Source of the DNA: Octopus sinensis
Lineage: Eukaryota
Assembly: GCF_006345805.1 (NCBI RefSeq)
Contig: NC_043009.1
Location: forward strand, 66,464,001-66,528,000
Direction: 5' to 3'
Length of the DNA stretch: 64,000 nucleotides
Part shown: positions 1-11,751 of the stretch, piece by piece
How the letters are laid out: each line of letters begins with the position of its first letter
Numbering within the stretch: position 1 is the stretch's first letter
Translations under genes and position numbers: made by a program
The notes under the pieces: model-generated
Seen by the model: only the letters and a program-made list of their open reading frames with translations
What the model was told of the DNA's origin: nothing
Databases searched by the model: none

Positions 1-19
1 AATTTTTGAATTTCAAACA

Positions 20-268
20 CATACATATACATGCACATACACACGCATACATGCACACATACATGCATACATACATACATATATTTACGCACACACACAC
101 ACATACACGCACACACACACACAAATCCCCTATACCCTTCAAACGCACACACACACACACATTGTTCATTTTTATCATTTAATATTCTGAATTTTAATAA
201 CATACTTCATGTGTGTATTACATACAAACATAATATATATATATTATATATATAATATATATAATGTT

Positions 269-303
<35 letters not shown>

Positions 304-408
304 TATATATATATATATACATATATATATAACATATACATATATATATTATATATATTTTTTTTTAATATCTTATATATATATATAAACATTATATATA
401 AACATTAC

Positions 409-482
<74 letters not shown>

Positions 483-511
483 CATTTATATATAAAACTA
501 TACATATATAT

Positions 512-551
<40 letters not shown>

Positions 552-552
552 T
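20..552. repeat. Compound (CA)n/(TA)n microsatellite field
   Basis: Direct: runs of CA, CATA and TA; the 31..255 ORF is only their translation. Confidence 0.95.
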
Positions 553-940
553 TACTCTCCTGGAAACTTTCATCTCTCATCCAATTTGTAATTCTGTTAA
601 TACCGATATTTGCATTATTTCTCAAATTTACATTATTTAATTAAATGTCTTCTGCTTTATAATTTACAAGCTGCACCTCGCTGGTACTTCCGGGAGTTAA
701 AAAATAAGCTTACGATATTTTCTTTGAATTCTGGTTTGTTCTGGAGTTTGTTAAGCACACAATTTCACTGTTCTAACTGCTTGTTTCTTCGTGTAATTCC
801 CGTCTATATATAAATTTTATTCACTTCCAAGTTTCTCCCTGATCTGTCACTATTTTGGGAATTTCGGTGCTATAGACTGCAGCCGCACTGGGGTACCATA
901 TGCACTGGTTTAGTCGATCTTTTCGCTTGCTCCATGTTCG

Positions 941-1040
941 NNNNNNNNNNNNNNNNNNNNNNNNNNNNNNNNNNNNNNNNNNNNNNNNNNNNNNNNNNNN
1001 NNNNNNNNNNNNNNNNNNNNNNNNNNNNNNNNNNNNNNNN
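941..1040. other. Assembly gap (100 N)
   Basis: 100 consecutive N; ORFs spanning it are not interpretable. Confidence 1.
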
Positions 1041-1109
1041 TATCTGGTTGGAATGATCAAAGAGAGAAGGATGTTGAAGATCTGCTGTAGTTGGAACTCC
1101 AAAGGACTG

Positions 1110-1620
1110 GTCTAAGTACATAATTCGATAAATCAACTGAAAGTGACAACGAAGAAGGTGTATGCATTTTGTTAAAAGAAAGGAAAAGCCATAAAGAAAT
1201 CCTTTCCGGTAAATCGTTAATACAAAGAGACAAAAAACGTTTCAAGTATTAACACCTTACTTTGAAATTAACGATATCCGTTTTAGCAAAATGATATGGA
1301 GTGCATCTGAGGGTCAACCAGCTCTGACAAGTCACAAAGCTGATCTTAAGGCAAATATAGAAAAAAACAAGAAACAGCTAATCTATTCGCAATTCAGTTA
1401 ACACAGTCCATAAAAGCATAGGGAGCAGATGTTTCCCAGCCCAACTTTTGTTGCCGATAACAAATTCAAAGCGAAGGCCGATAACAAAATCAAAGCGAAG
1501 GCTGTTCTAACAAGTTATGTGAACTGAACAGTGAAAATTTCCAAAGATTACTTCTCTGCTAAAGTTCATTCCTGTCAAAAGGATGTTATTGGAAACGATT
1601 CTTCTAGCTTTACGACATCA
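1110..1620 (+). pseudogene. Heavily decayed hAT (Charlie/Buster, GTF2IRD2-like) transposase remnant
   Basis: Manual translation gives three motifs in correct order in different frames with stops: FDKSTE (1124-1141, cf. LDESTD), WSASEGQPAL (to 1326, cf. TDGAPAM) and FLSKG..KRFF*L (1569-1610, cf. WLSRG..L.RF..L). Family call is from remembered motifs. Confidence 0.5.
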
Positions 1621-2339
1621 TTGTTACACTTTTACTTATAAATCATGACGATGAACTTACCCGGTGACATTGACTTCGTTCGTAGTGTCCAGGCTAATTA
1701 GCACGTATTTACGACAAGATGGATAACTTTGCTACTGCGAAGGGAATTGTTTTAATTCACGGAAATACTGTGGTTGACAACTTACGAATGAAACCAAATT
1801 GCAAATACTGAAACATGGCAAAAGTGAGTTTCAGCGGTTCCTATGAATTAAAGGCATCGTACAAATACTTACAGACTGGACTATGAGGATTAGGGAAACG
1901 AAATTGCAAAATGATTTTGAAACAAAATTTACTGGATTGGTTGAACTAACAGCCATTTTGCGTTTATATTCAAAATGGCTGACGACTAGCATCACGCTTG
2001 AAACTCAAGGGTACCAACGAATTTGAATCAAACTGTTTTGATCCATAAGTGTAACTCCCTTCTTTCGTTTGTTCACTGACTCGTATATGTGTGTGTGTGT
2101 GTGTGTGAGTGTGTGTGTGTGAGTGTGTGTGTGTTACATGTTCCAATCGTTTTCAAGCAAATAAACATAAATAGATATAAATTAAATTAAATTAGTCTAT
2201 AACTATATTACAAAACCGCACGATGTTATTTCTTCGTTTCCTTCACAGAAGAAAGTGCAGAAATGAAGAGCAGGCTGTCATTTTATACATAATACATACA
2301 TACATACATATATTATACATATATATATATATATATATC

Positions 2340-2395
<56 letters not shown>

Positions 2396-2922
2396 TATTT
2401 ATATAATATATGAGAAAAGTGCATATGTGTTATAGGACATGTCCAAATCCTATAGAACGTAATTACGATCCAGACAGCTTTTCACACAACTTTATACGAT
2501 TTATATCGCAGCGCATATATTATATTATATTATAGTATATTATATTATGATATGGTGCACGGAACGCCATCTTCCTAGTTTACGAATAGAGTTGAGTATG
2601 GTATACGCCTGCAGTCATACAATACGGTCCGTTTATTAATGGTTCGAATCATAAGATGGTTCCACTTTCACCTGAAGATTGAAACAATTAGCTCTTGAAC
2701 TGGTCGCAATATTTTCGTGAACATCGTTCGCGGATACAAAATTGAGGTGATGACCCTGCGGTTGTTGTTGTTATTCAGAAGTCAGGGACGAGGTAAGTGT
2801 TTTAGTACGATCATCATAATTTAATATGATTCTACAATCTGTAAGTATGCTATGCTCACAATTATATTCAAACGTATATATATATGTATATATATATATA
2901 TATGCACATATGCACTTACGTT

Positions 2923-2956
<34 letters not shown>

Positions 2957-2976
2957 GTGTATATGTTGTGTAATAA

Positions 2977-3029
<53 letters not shown>

Positions 3030-3074
3030 TACAGTATATATAATAATATATATATATATATAATATATATATAT

Positions 3075-3240
3075 AGCGCAGCAGTGGCTGTGTCGTAAGT
3101 AGATTGACTTACCAACTACATGGTTCCGGGTTCAGTCCCACTGCGTGGCACCATGGGCAAGTGTCTTCTATATAGCCTCGAGCCAACAAAAGCTTGTGAG
3201 TGGATTTGTTTAACGGAAACTGAAAGAAGCCGTCGTATAT
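3075..3240 (+). mobile_element. SINE family B, 5' part (tRNA-derived head plus ccTtgggcaag central block)
   Basis: gtggctgtgtcgtaag (A-box-like), ggttcagtccc (B-box-like), tgggcaagtgtcttcta, ending gaaagaagccgtcgtata; same as copies at 10265, 49251, 55801, 57751. Confidence 0.9.
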
Positions 3241-3249
3241 ATGTATGTA

Positions 3250-3281
<32 letters not shown>

Positions 3282-3378
3282 TTAAGTTTTAAATATTTAT
3301 GGCTAAACTGGCAATATGACCATTCCGAAACTATAACAATATATATATATATATACTATAGATATATAAACTATATAT

Positions 3379-3424
<46 letters not shown>

Positions 3425-3789
3425 TATATATATGTATATATACATGTATACGACGGGCGTTTATGAAAAGTAACGATATAAATATAAACGACTAGAAGAA
3501 CTGAGATAGAATTAAGGGGTATAAAATTCGTTATTATGAATTGTTAAAGAAATTCAGAGTCACACCGGTATCGTCAAAAGCTGTTCACTGACTTTGAATG
3601 AGCACGATTTCCAAACGGTGTCGAGTGGAATAGTCCCTAAGTAAAAAGATTACATGCAAGGGAGGTAAGCAGTTCTGGAAGTGGTGCAATTAGGGTAGAT
3701 TTAAATACTGTCAAATGAATGGTGTATGGGATGTATGGAAATTAGTTGTATTATTGGTAAGGTTATTAGTGTCCTGCATTATGTTGTGT

Positions 3790-4029
3790 GTTTATGTTGA
3801 GTTGTGAATGATATTTATTAAAGAAAGTTGCCTCTTTATCTATTCTTTTCTGTACTGAGGTGTTCTCTGAACATTGATAGAAAGGGAAAATTAGGAAGTT
3901 TGGTTTAAGGTTCCTAGTACATCTTTCTATGTGTGCATTGACCTGTATCGGTCTGTATCGTGGGTAGCGGATTTGTTCTTTGTGTAGAGATGTTCTTCGA
4001 CGGAGTGACATTCCTGCTTGGCCTATATA
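3790..4029 (-). mobile_element. Penelope-like element GIY-YIG endonuclease C-terminal fragment
   Basis: ORF 3766..4104 reads YIGQAGMSLRRRTSLHKEQIRYPRYRPIQVNAHIERC..FLIFPFYQ..KRIDKEATFFNKYHSQLN: YIG motif, conserved Arg, His, and terminal E..F..K..LN typical of PLE GIY-YIG domains. The N-terminus is replaced by TG/TA microsatellite. Confidence 0.8.
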
Positions 4030-5079
4030 CACACACACACAAACATACACACGCATATATATATATATATATATATACATATACATACACACACATAAAT
4101 ACACATATTAAGAGAGGGGGATAGACTCACACACATACACATACATATATAAATGGATATCAAATTTGATAAATAGACAGACAGACAAATTTGAAAGATA
4201 ACTAGACAGTCAGACATACTAACAGACAAGCAGACAGATAGAATGACGGGCAGTTAGTTTACTTTCATGTAGGCTGGGCATTTTTGTATCATTATCAGGG
4301 ATTGGCAGGGGATGGAGTGAATGTCATCATTTGTGGAACTGTAGACCAAAGCATAAAAAACATGAAAGGAAGAATTAGTAAAGAATGCAAAAAAATGCAA
4401 AGAAGAAGAGAAGGGAAGAAGAAGGAGGTGGAGGGAGGAGAGGGGGAGGAGGAGATGATGATGGTGATGATGATGATGATGAAGGAGCAACTAACGAGCT
4501 AACAATCGAAGGAAAACAAATGGAAAGAAGAAAAATGAAGGAACTTTTTTTTATTAATGAAACGTCACGCACATTATTAAATGAGAGTGAAAAATGTCTA
4601 GAATCATCTTAAAAGTTATGGCGTTAATAGAGTTAAGAAATGGTTAGAAGCAATTCCTTTGTGAAAATTTCCACTTTGTCTTTCAAAGAGAAATAATGCA
4701 ATGAAGTAGAAGTTAAATTACATTCATTAATTATAAATCTATCTGATTATATTTTGGATTAGTCTCGCCATGAAAGAGGTTCCTGAAGAGAAGCCGAGGT
4801 TACGAGAAAAATACAAGTTTAAGTGATGATACAGTTGTCTCGATATATATATGAAAGTTAGAGGGGAGTAAAGGGAGGTAATCAATTACGCTGTAGCTGA
4901 TATATCATCGTTTCTGCGTAGATGAATATATTGGCGGCCTGTTAGGGTATTAGGAGAAGATGTAAAGTGGACGAAAAAAAAAACGCTTTAATGTTTATAC
5001 AGGCTGTAGACTGTCAAATTAAATTATATCATCATATATATATACATATATCATATATGTGTATATATACCATATATAT

Positions 5080-5111
<32 letters not shown>

Positions 5112-5350
5112 CATATATATACATAATACATATATGTATATATATACATATGTATATATATATATACATATTATATATATACATATACATTTATATATGA
5201 TATGATATAATTTCATATGTATATATATGTATATACATGCATGTATGTATATGTAAATATATAAATCTCCCTACCTACGTACATATATATATATAGGTAT
5301 ATACGTGTTTGATATATATATATGTAAACTTCTAAAGACAAAGATGTATG

Positions 5351-5393
<43 letters not shown>

Positions 5394-5913
5394 ATATATA
5401 TATATAATATATAGTAAATATATATAAATATACATAATATATATATATATATACACACATATATTCACTCACACACACTATGTACATATATATATATATA
5501 TACATACATATATATTAATGTGTGCGTGTGCATGCATGTTTTAGTGTGTATATGTGCGTGTGAATGTGTTTGCATATGTGTATGTATCTGTACACACAGA
5601 CACACACATACACATGTACATACGCTTATATTTATATTTGCCTCACTAAACTTATATTTATATACACATAAACTCTGATATCGTATTTTATCTTCGCTAT
5701 AAAGCAATCTCGGTTGGATAAAATATGTTTTAGAATGTTTATGTACAGAGAACGTAATTCAATTTCCAAATCCAAATACAGTATAACAGTATTTTCAGCT
5801 GGAATTACCAGAAGAGGTGGTTTCTTCAGACAGAGATAGAAACAGGAAAAGAAATTCTCGAAATAAAAACACTATCCGACAGAAAATGCTGCAGTTTTTC
5901 ATATAAATATTGG

Positions 5914-6094
5914 TTTCAAATTTTGACACAGGGTCAGCACTTTCGGGGAGGAGTTAAGTCGATCACCTTGACCCAATGTTTAACTGGTACTTATGTTATC
6001 GACCTTGAAAGAATGAAAGGCTAAGTCAAACCCGGTGGCATTTGATCTCAGAACACGAAGACGGACGCGTTGACGATTCTGCCGTGTAGCCGCC
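5914..6094 (-). mobile_element. SINE family A, old diverged copy
   Basis: Reverse complement of the family A core (aagtcgat..gaccc..aactggtactta..tcgacc..gaaag.atgaaagg). Confidence 0.75.
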
Positions 6095-6586
6095 CTCCCC
6101 ACTTTTCCGTATAAATATTAAAGATGATTTGTTTATTTGTGGTTGTGTGAATTCTTGTGCATGTGTATGAATGTTATGTAAGTATCCATTTGTCTGTGTG
6201 TGCGAACTTGTGTGCGTGTGTATGTACGTACGTATGTACGATGTATGCTCTAAGATACGTGCGAGGGTTTCAGAAATGTGCATAAAGACAAACCAGAACT
6301 AGGAAGAATGTCATAGAGAATATTATTCTCCATAAACACCGGATCCCCTCATCACTGCTGTCGGTATGCCATGTCTACTGTAGACTTTCTCAATTAATCA
6401 TTCGGTGATTAGACTCATTTTTGAGAGAACATGGACTTAGGAGACGTCTATCCTGTTCCATAACGAAGCAATCCTCGTGTATTTATATGTCTTCTGTCTT
6501 TTATATTTTGGCTTTTACTCGATGGGTATAGATTAACCTACACAAGAGTATAGATTAATCTTTACCCTTCACATTGTCCCTATTTA

Positions 6587-6640
6587 TCTCTGATGACGAA
6601 ATATCCCCTACTCTGGGATATCCCAGAAACAGCTGTCAGA
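6587..6640 (+). ncRNA. Minimal type-I hammerhead ribozyme motif (family P1), probably in a Penelope-like terminal repeat
   Basis: tct-CTGATGA(6590-6596)-cgaa-atatccc/ctactct/gggatat-ccca-GAAA(6626-6629)-cagct-GTC(6635-6637)-aga: intact core, 7-bp stem II, palindromic stem III ACAGCTGT, GUC triplet, 3-bp stem I. Confidence 0.7.
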
Positions 6641-6869
6641 ATTTAAATTTTTCCAACGTATAAGACTTGAGATGTTTATCTTGCCTTAACGTTTGTTGTC
6701 CTCTTTAACAATTATACATCCCGCTATATCGGAAATCTACAATTGTTCCACACCTCCCGTCTCGGCTCTGACCTTGGAGCATTGGTAATCCCTTACAGCA
6801 CTTACCCACCTCTTACCTAGTCGTTTAGATCAGCGCTGATCTAAACACCTATATTTTGTATGTATATAC

Positions 6870-6907
<38 letters not shown>

Positions 6908-6927
6908 ATATGTGCGTGTATATATAT

Positions 6928-6986
<59 letters not shown>

Positions 6987-7149
6987 GTACAGGTATAAGT
7001 TACAGGTGTTTATAGTCTCTAAGAGATAGATATATTCAAAGGGAAAAACAGATAATTACCTCAATAGGTATAGTCCTTGGTAGCAGGTATACGGCAGCAG
7101 GTAATTTAATGGGGGTAAACCGTAGTTTAATTTTTATATATATATCTAT

Positions 7150-7362
7150 ATAACAGGAAGCTTTACGAAAATAAACAAAAGACGAAGGCAGGTGGAGTAC
7201 AAACAAACAATTGTACTAGTATGGCGCTCAGGAATAGAAATAAAACAAGTCATTTATGTTTCGAGCCTACGCTCTTCAACAGAAAGATACACAGAAAAGA
7301 AACACGGAGAGAAACAAGGAGAGAAAAAAATGCGTGTAGGAGCTAACGAATCAACATGGCGG
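7150..7362 (-). mobile_element. Penelope-like terminal repeat family P2 with hammerhead-like motif (7251-7286)
   Basis: Homologous to 54331-54512 and 63853-63992; minus strand reads cttt-CTGTTGA-A-GAGC-gtag-GCTC-GAA-ACAT-A-aatg. PLE origin is inferred. Confidence 0.65.
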
Positions 7363-7367
7363 TGTAT

Positions 7368-7413
<46 letters not shown>

Positions 7414-7884
7414 ATATATATTATATATATACGAACTGTCCACTCAGTCAATTTATTCTATAAGACTGTCACAGTTGGAGGATGAGCATCTGTAACCTTG
7501 AAGGCGCTCCCTGACTCGGTAGATTAATGCGGTTGAATATCTGAGGCATAAGATGCTGCTATTTTTATCGAGAAGCGCTCAAGATTGGTAATAATTTAAA
7601 ATATCATTATACTGACACACAGTTATATTCCTAGCGGAGATCGCTTTGAATCTAACTTCCTTGTACGATCAACGTTCAACAAAGAGGACCTCTCTTTTCT
7701 GTATTGTTTACAACAGATTAAGTCTTAATTATTATATAAGTCTAATTACAAAGTATTTAATTATTCCCAGTTTTCTTCATAAGACCTCGAGTGTAATTTC
7801 ACTGTACGAACAGCTTGCGTTCAACTTCGACGTACAACCATATTTAGATTGAGAGGGAAAGAGAGGTGTGTGTATATATATTAT

Positions 7885-8345
7885 ATAGTGGACTCTCCTA
7901 TCGGTTTCGACGAATGAGGATCCGACAACCTACAATATTTATGTCAATCGTAATGTTTATGTCGAGTGTGACATTTGAGCCCCGTCAACGATTTGCAGAG
8001 AAGCCCGCAAATGTTGCAAATATCAGGACTATGGGTCAGTGCAACCTATATATTTGCAGTGGCTTTTCTGCTTTTCCTACCGACCTTTATCCTTTTAATG
8101 ATGGTTGAAACAAATTCCTTCATGCCATTCTGACACGACAATCTCCATATTGTCCGCTCGATGGCTGTTTGCTCAAAGGTGTTGTGAACCATATTGACTG
8201 CTGACAGTTTACTCTTTAGTTTGTCCTTATATCTGGGCCATGGTCGACCACAATTCCTGTGCCCGCTATCAAACTGGCTCTACATGACGACTTTGAGTAT
8301 TCTTTCGTCATTCATTCTGATGACACGGTCACTCATTCTGATGAC
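7885..8345 (-). mobile_element. RTE/BovB-clade LINE, 5'-truncated 3' end
   Basis: One frame with two stops: [72 protein letters not shown], i.e. RTE C-terminus with C2H2 finger, then a short 3' UTR into a TA tract. Confidence 0.9.
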
Positions 8346-8454
8346 ATTTATATGCATGTATAGATGTATATACATACATGTGTGTATATATATATATGTA
8401 TATATATATGTGTGTGTACGCATATATATATACATATATATATGTATATACACG

Positions 8455-8490
<36 letters not shown>

Positions 8491-9000
8491 CATATATATA
8501 TACACACACACTGCCGTTATATGCGTCCGTTTACCTCCATATCGCCCCTAGAAATGCTTCAATATGTCATTTTATACACATTTATGGCATCGTTATTTGT
8601 GTCTTGAAACTTAGTTTTCGGGGAATTTCTTTTACATTTCTCCTCCTTTTAATATTTGGGGCCAATGAATCTGATTCTCTGTGGCACAGATAATATTTGT
8701 TGACGTTCGAAAGTTCCTCAAGTATTTTTCTTGTCTCGTTCTATAAACAATATATGATAATATGCTGCGTCCAATATTTTCTTAAGACTGAAATTCTATT
8801 AAGCTTGAATCTTGTGTATTTTCATTAAGGACTGATGAATACTTTCTGTGTATGTATCTCACTTCAGAATAATTTGTGTTTGTATATTATTCTTTTAGAG
8901 TTAGAGCAACGTTCAATTGCTCTATTGTATTATTTAAAGATATTTACCAACAGGTATTTATAGACATACATTGACAGACACGCATTACTGACAGACATAA

Positions 9001-9950
9001 GGCAACAAGCTGACAGAATCGTTACCGCGCTGGACGAAACGCTTTGCGGTATTTCGCCCGTCGCTACCTTCTGAGCTCAAATTCCACCGAGGTTAACTTT
9101 GCTTTTCATCCTTCCGTGGTCGATAAATAAAGAATCAGTGAAACAGTTGTGTTGATGAAATTGACTAAATCACTCACCTCCCCGCAAATTTCAGGTCTTG
9201 TGTCTATAATATAAAGGATTACTCACAGATATTCAGGTGAATATATTGACATTATTTATTGACAGACATTTAGGGGCAAATATTGGTTTCAACTTTTGGC
9301 AGAAGGCCAGCAATTACGGGGGAAGAAGTATGTTGATTACGTTGACCTCATGGCTCAAATGGCACTTATTTTATCGACCCACAAAAAGGCTAAAAAGTAA
9401 AGTCGACCTTGGCGGAATTTTAACTTAGAACGTAAAGACAGACGTCATGTTGTTAAGCATTTTGCATGACGCGAAAACGGTTCTAGCAGCTCGCCGGTTT
9501 AGGAAATACAAACGAAATGCTGCTAAGCACTTTGTCCGACGCGCTAACGATCCTGCCAGCTTGCCACCTTTATTTAGTAACAGATTTTCAAATTTTGGCA
9601 CAAGGCCAGCAATTTCGGCTGACGAGCTAAGTCCGTTACATCGACCCCAGTACTCAACAGGTACGAGCTGGCAGAGTTGTTAGCACGTCGGACGAAATGC
9701 TTTACAGTATTTCGCCTGCCGTTACGTTGTGAGTTCAAATTCCGCCGAGGTCGACTTTGCCTTTCATCCTTTCGGGGTCGATAAATTAAGTACCAGTTAC
9801 GCACTGGGGTCGATGTAATAGACTTAATACCTATGTCTGTCCGTGTTTGTCCCCTCTATGTTTAGCCCCTTGTGGGTAATAAAGAAATAGGTATTTATTT
9901 TATCGACTCCGTTAGTATGAAAAGCTAAGTCGAACTTGGGCGGAATTATT
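9001..9950. mobile_element. Cluster of four SINE family A copies: + 9001-9139, - 9287-9568, and + 9665-9894 nested in a - copy (9586-9664 and 9895-9950)
   Basis: Each matches gagctggcag..gagttcaaattcc(g/a)ccgaggtcgactttgc..catcctttcggggtcgataaa or its reverse complement. Confidence 0.9.
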
Positions 9951-10264
9951 ACACGTATTTCTTGCCAGTCGTCTTAGTGACAATTGATAAACATTTACTT
10001 ACAATATACAAGCTGGGCAACTGTTGTTTGGTCCATCGTTCTTATTAAGCTGCATCAGCCATTTCAGGTTTATTCATTCGCACGGCATTCGATCGCCTTG
10101 TTATGTAATGACAGAGTTTCATTAGACAACAGCACAATGGAACCGTTTGTTCGTAACTCGCTCGCCTTTTTGGAACTGCCATTCACATGAAATATGGCAT
10201 TGGTAAGACAAGGCTGATGGTGGTGGTTCTCAGTAGCCAGCTTTAATGTAAAATCACTTACACG

Positions 10265-10475
10265 TAGGCGCAGGCGTGGCTGTGTGGTAAGAAATTTGCT
10301 TCCCAGCCACATGGTTCTGGGTTCAGTCCCATTGCGAGGCACTTTGGGCAAATGTCTTCTAATATAACCTCGGATCGACCAAAATCTTGCGAGTGGATTT
10401 GGTAGACGGAAACTGAAAGAAGCCCGTCGTATAAACGTGTGTGTGTGCGTGTGTGTGCGTGTGTGTATGTGTGCG

Positions 10476-10509
<34 letters not shown>

Positions 10510-10722
10510 CGTCGTTTTTTCTGTTTGTTTCTCACCACAACTTGATAACCTGTGTTAGTGTATTTGTGTCCCCGAAACTTAGTGGTTCGACAAACCAGAC
10601 CGATAGAATAAGTGCAAGAGTTAACAAAATAAAATGAGTACTGTAGTCGATTCGTTGAACTAAAATTTTTCGGGGTGGTGCCCCAGCACGGGCGCAGTCT
10701 AATGACTGAAACAAGATAAAAG
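10265..10722 (+). mobile_element. SINE family B, full length (head, central block, internal (TG)n, 3' module)
   Basis: aggcgcaggcgtggctgtgtggtaag..ggttcagtccc..gaaagaagcccgtcgtata-(TG)n-..gatagaataagt..gcagtctaatgactgaaacaag. Confidence 0.9.
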
Positions 10723-10970
10723 TATTCTTTGCTATGTTTTTATTTCCCATCAGAGGTTTTTTTTTAATTTCTTTTTTGATTACCTTTCTACCTTTTATAT
10801 GTTGAATTTATTGCGATTGTAATTGTTGTTGTTGTTGTGTTGTTGTTGTTGTTGACGACGACGACGGCGACTTTGAGTGTGTTGTTTCGTGCAATGTCAA
10901 TCCTGATGAAGCAGATCGATAAATATCGTCGTTTCAACTGTAACCAGCCCGTTTATATCTAGCGCTGTAT

Positions 10971-11751
10971 GAGGCGGCGAGCTGGCAGAAAGCGTTAGCA
11001 CGCCGGGCGAAATGCTTTGCGGTATTCCGTCTGCCGTTACGTTCTGAGTTCAAATTCCACCGAGGTCGACTATGACTTTCATCCTTTCGGGGTCAATTAA
11101 TTAAGTACCAGTTACGCACTGAGGTCGATGTAATCGACTTAATGTTTGTTTGTCCTTCTTTGTCCTCTCTGTGTTTAGCCTCTTGTGGGTAGTAAAGAAA
11201 TAGGTATTCCGTCTGCCGTTACGTTCTGAGTTCAAATTCCGCCGAGGTCGACTATGACTTTCATCCTTTCGGGGTCGATAAATTAAGTACCAGTTACGCA
11301 CTGAGGTCGATGTAATCGACTTAATCCGTTTGTCTGTCCTTCTTTGTCCTCTCTGTGTTTATCCCCTTGTGGGTAATAAAGAAATCGGTATTTCGTCTGC
11401 CGCTACCTTCTAAGTTCAAATTCCGCCGAGGTCGACTATGACTTTCATCCTTTCGTGGTCAATAAATTAAGTACCAGTTACGCACTGAGGTCGATGTAAT
11501 CGACTTAATGTTTGTTTGTCCTTCTTTGTCCTCTCTGTGTTTAGCCTCTTGTGGGTAGTAAAGGAATAGGTATTTCGTCTGCTGCTACGTTCTGAGTTCA
11601 AATTCCGCCGAGGCCGACTTTACATTTCATCCTTTCGGAGTCGATTAAATAAGTACTAATTACACACTATGTCGATATAATCGACTTAATCCCTTTGTCT
11701 TTCCTTGTTTGTCCCATCTACGTTTAGCCCCTTGTGGGCCATAAAGAAATA
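10971..11751 (+). mobile_element. SINE family A: one head plus four head-to-tail 182-184 bp bodies in a single 17-bp TSD
   Basis: Head 10971-11020; units start 11021, 11203, 11387, 11569; TSD tatatctagcgctgtat (10954-10970) / tatatctagctctgtat (11752-11768). Confidence 0.95.

Noticed and set aside
821-1136. ORFs spanning 941-1040
   Set aside because: They cross an N gap, and flanking translations show no recognisable domain.
2700-2800. Possible exon ending in GAG|GTAAGT near 2791
   Set aside because: Good donor but no clear acceptor, ORF or homology.
3546-3585. Hammerhead-like remnant on - strand (TTGACGA..GAA) downstream of the GIY-YIG fragment
   Set aside because: Core and stems too degenerate, although the position would fit a PLE terminus.
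10971-11751. CRISPR-like array
   Set aside because: Units are 183-bp SINE bodies with no unique spacers, in a eukaryotic context.
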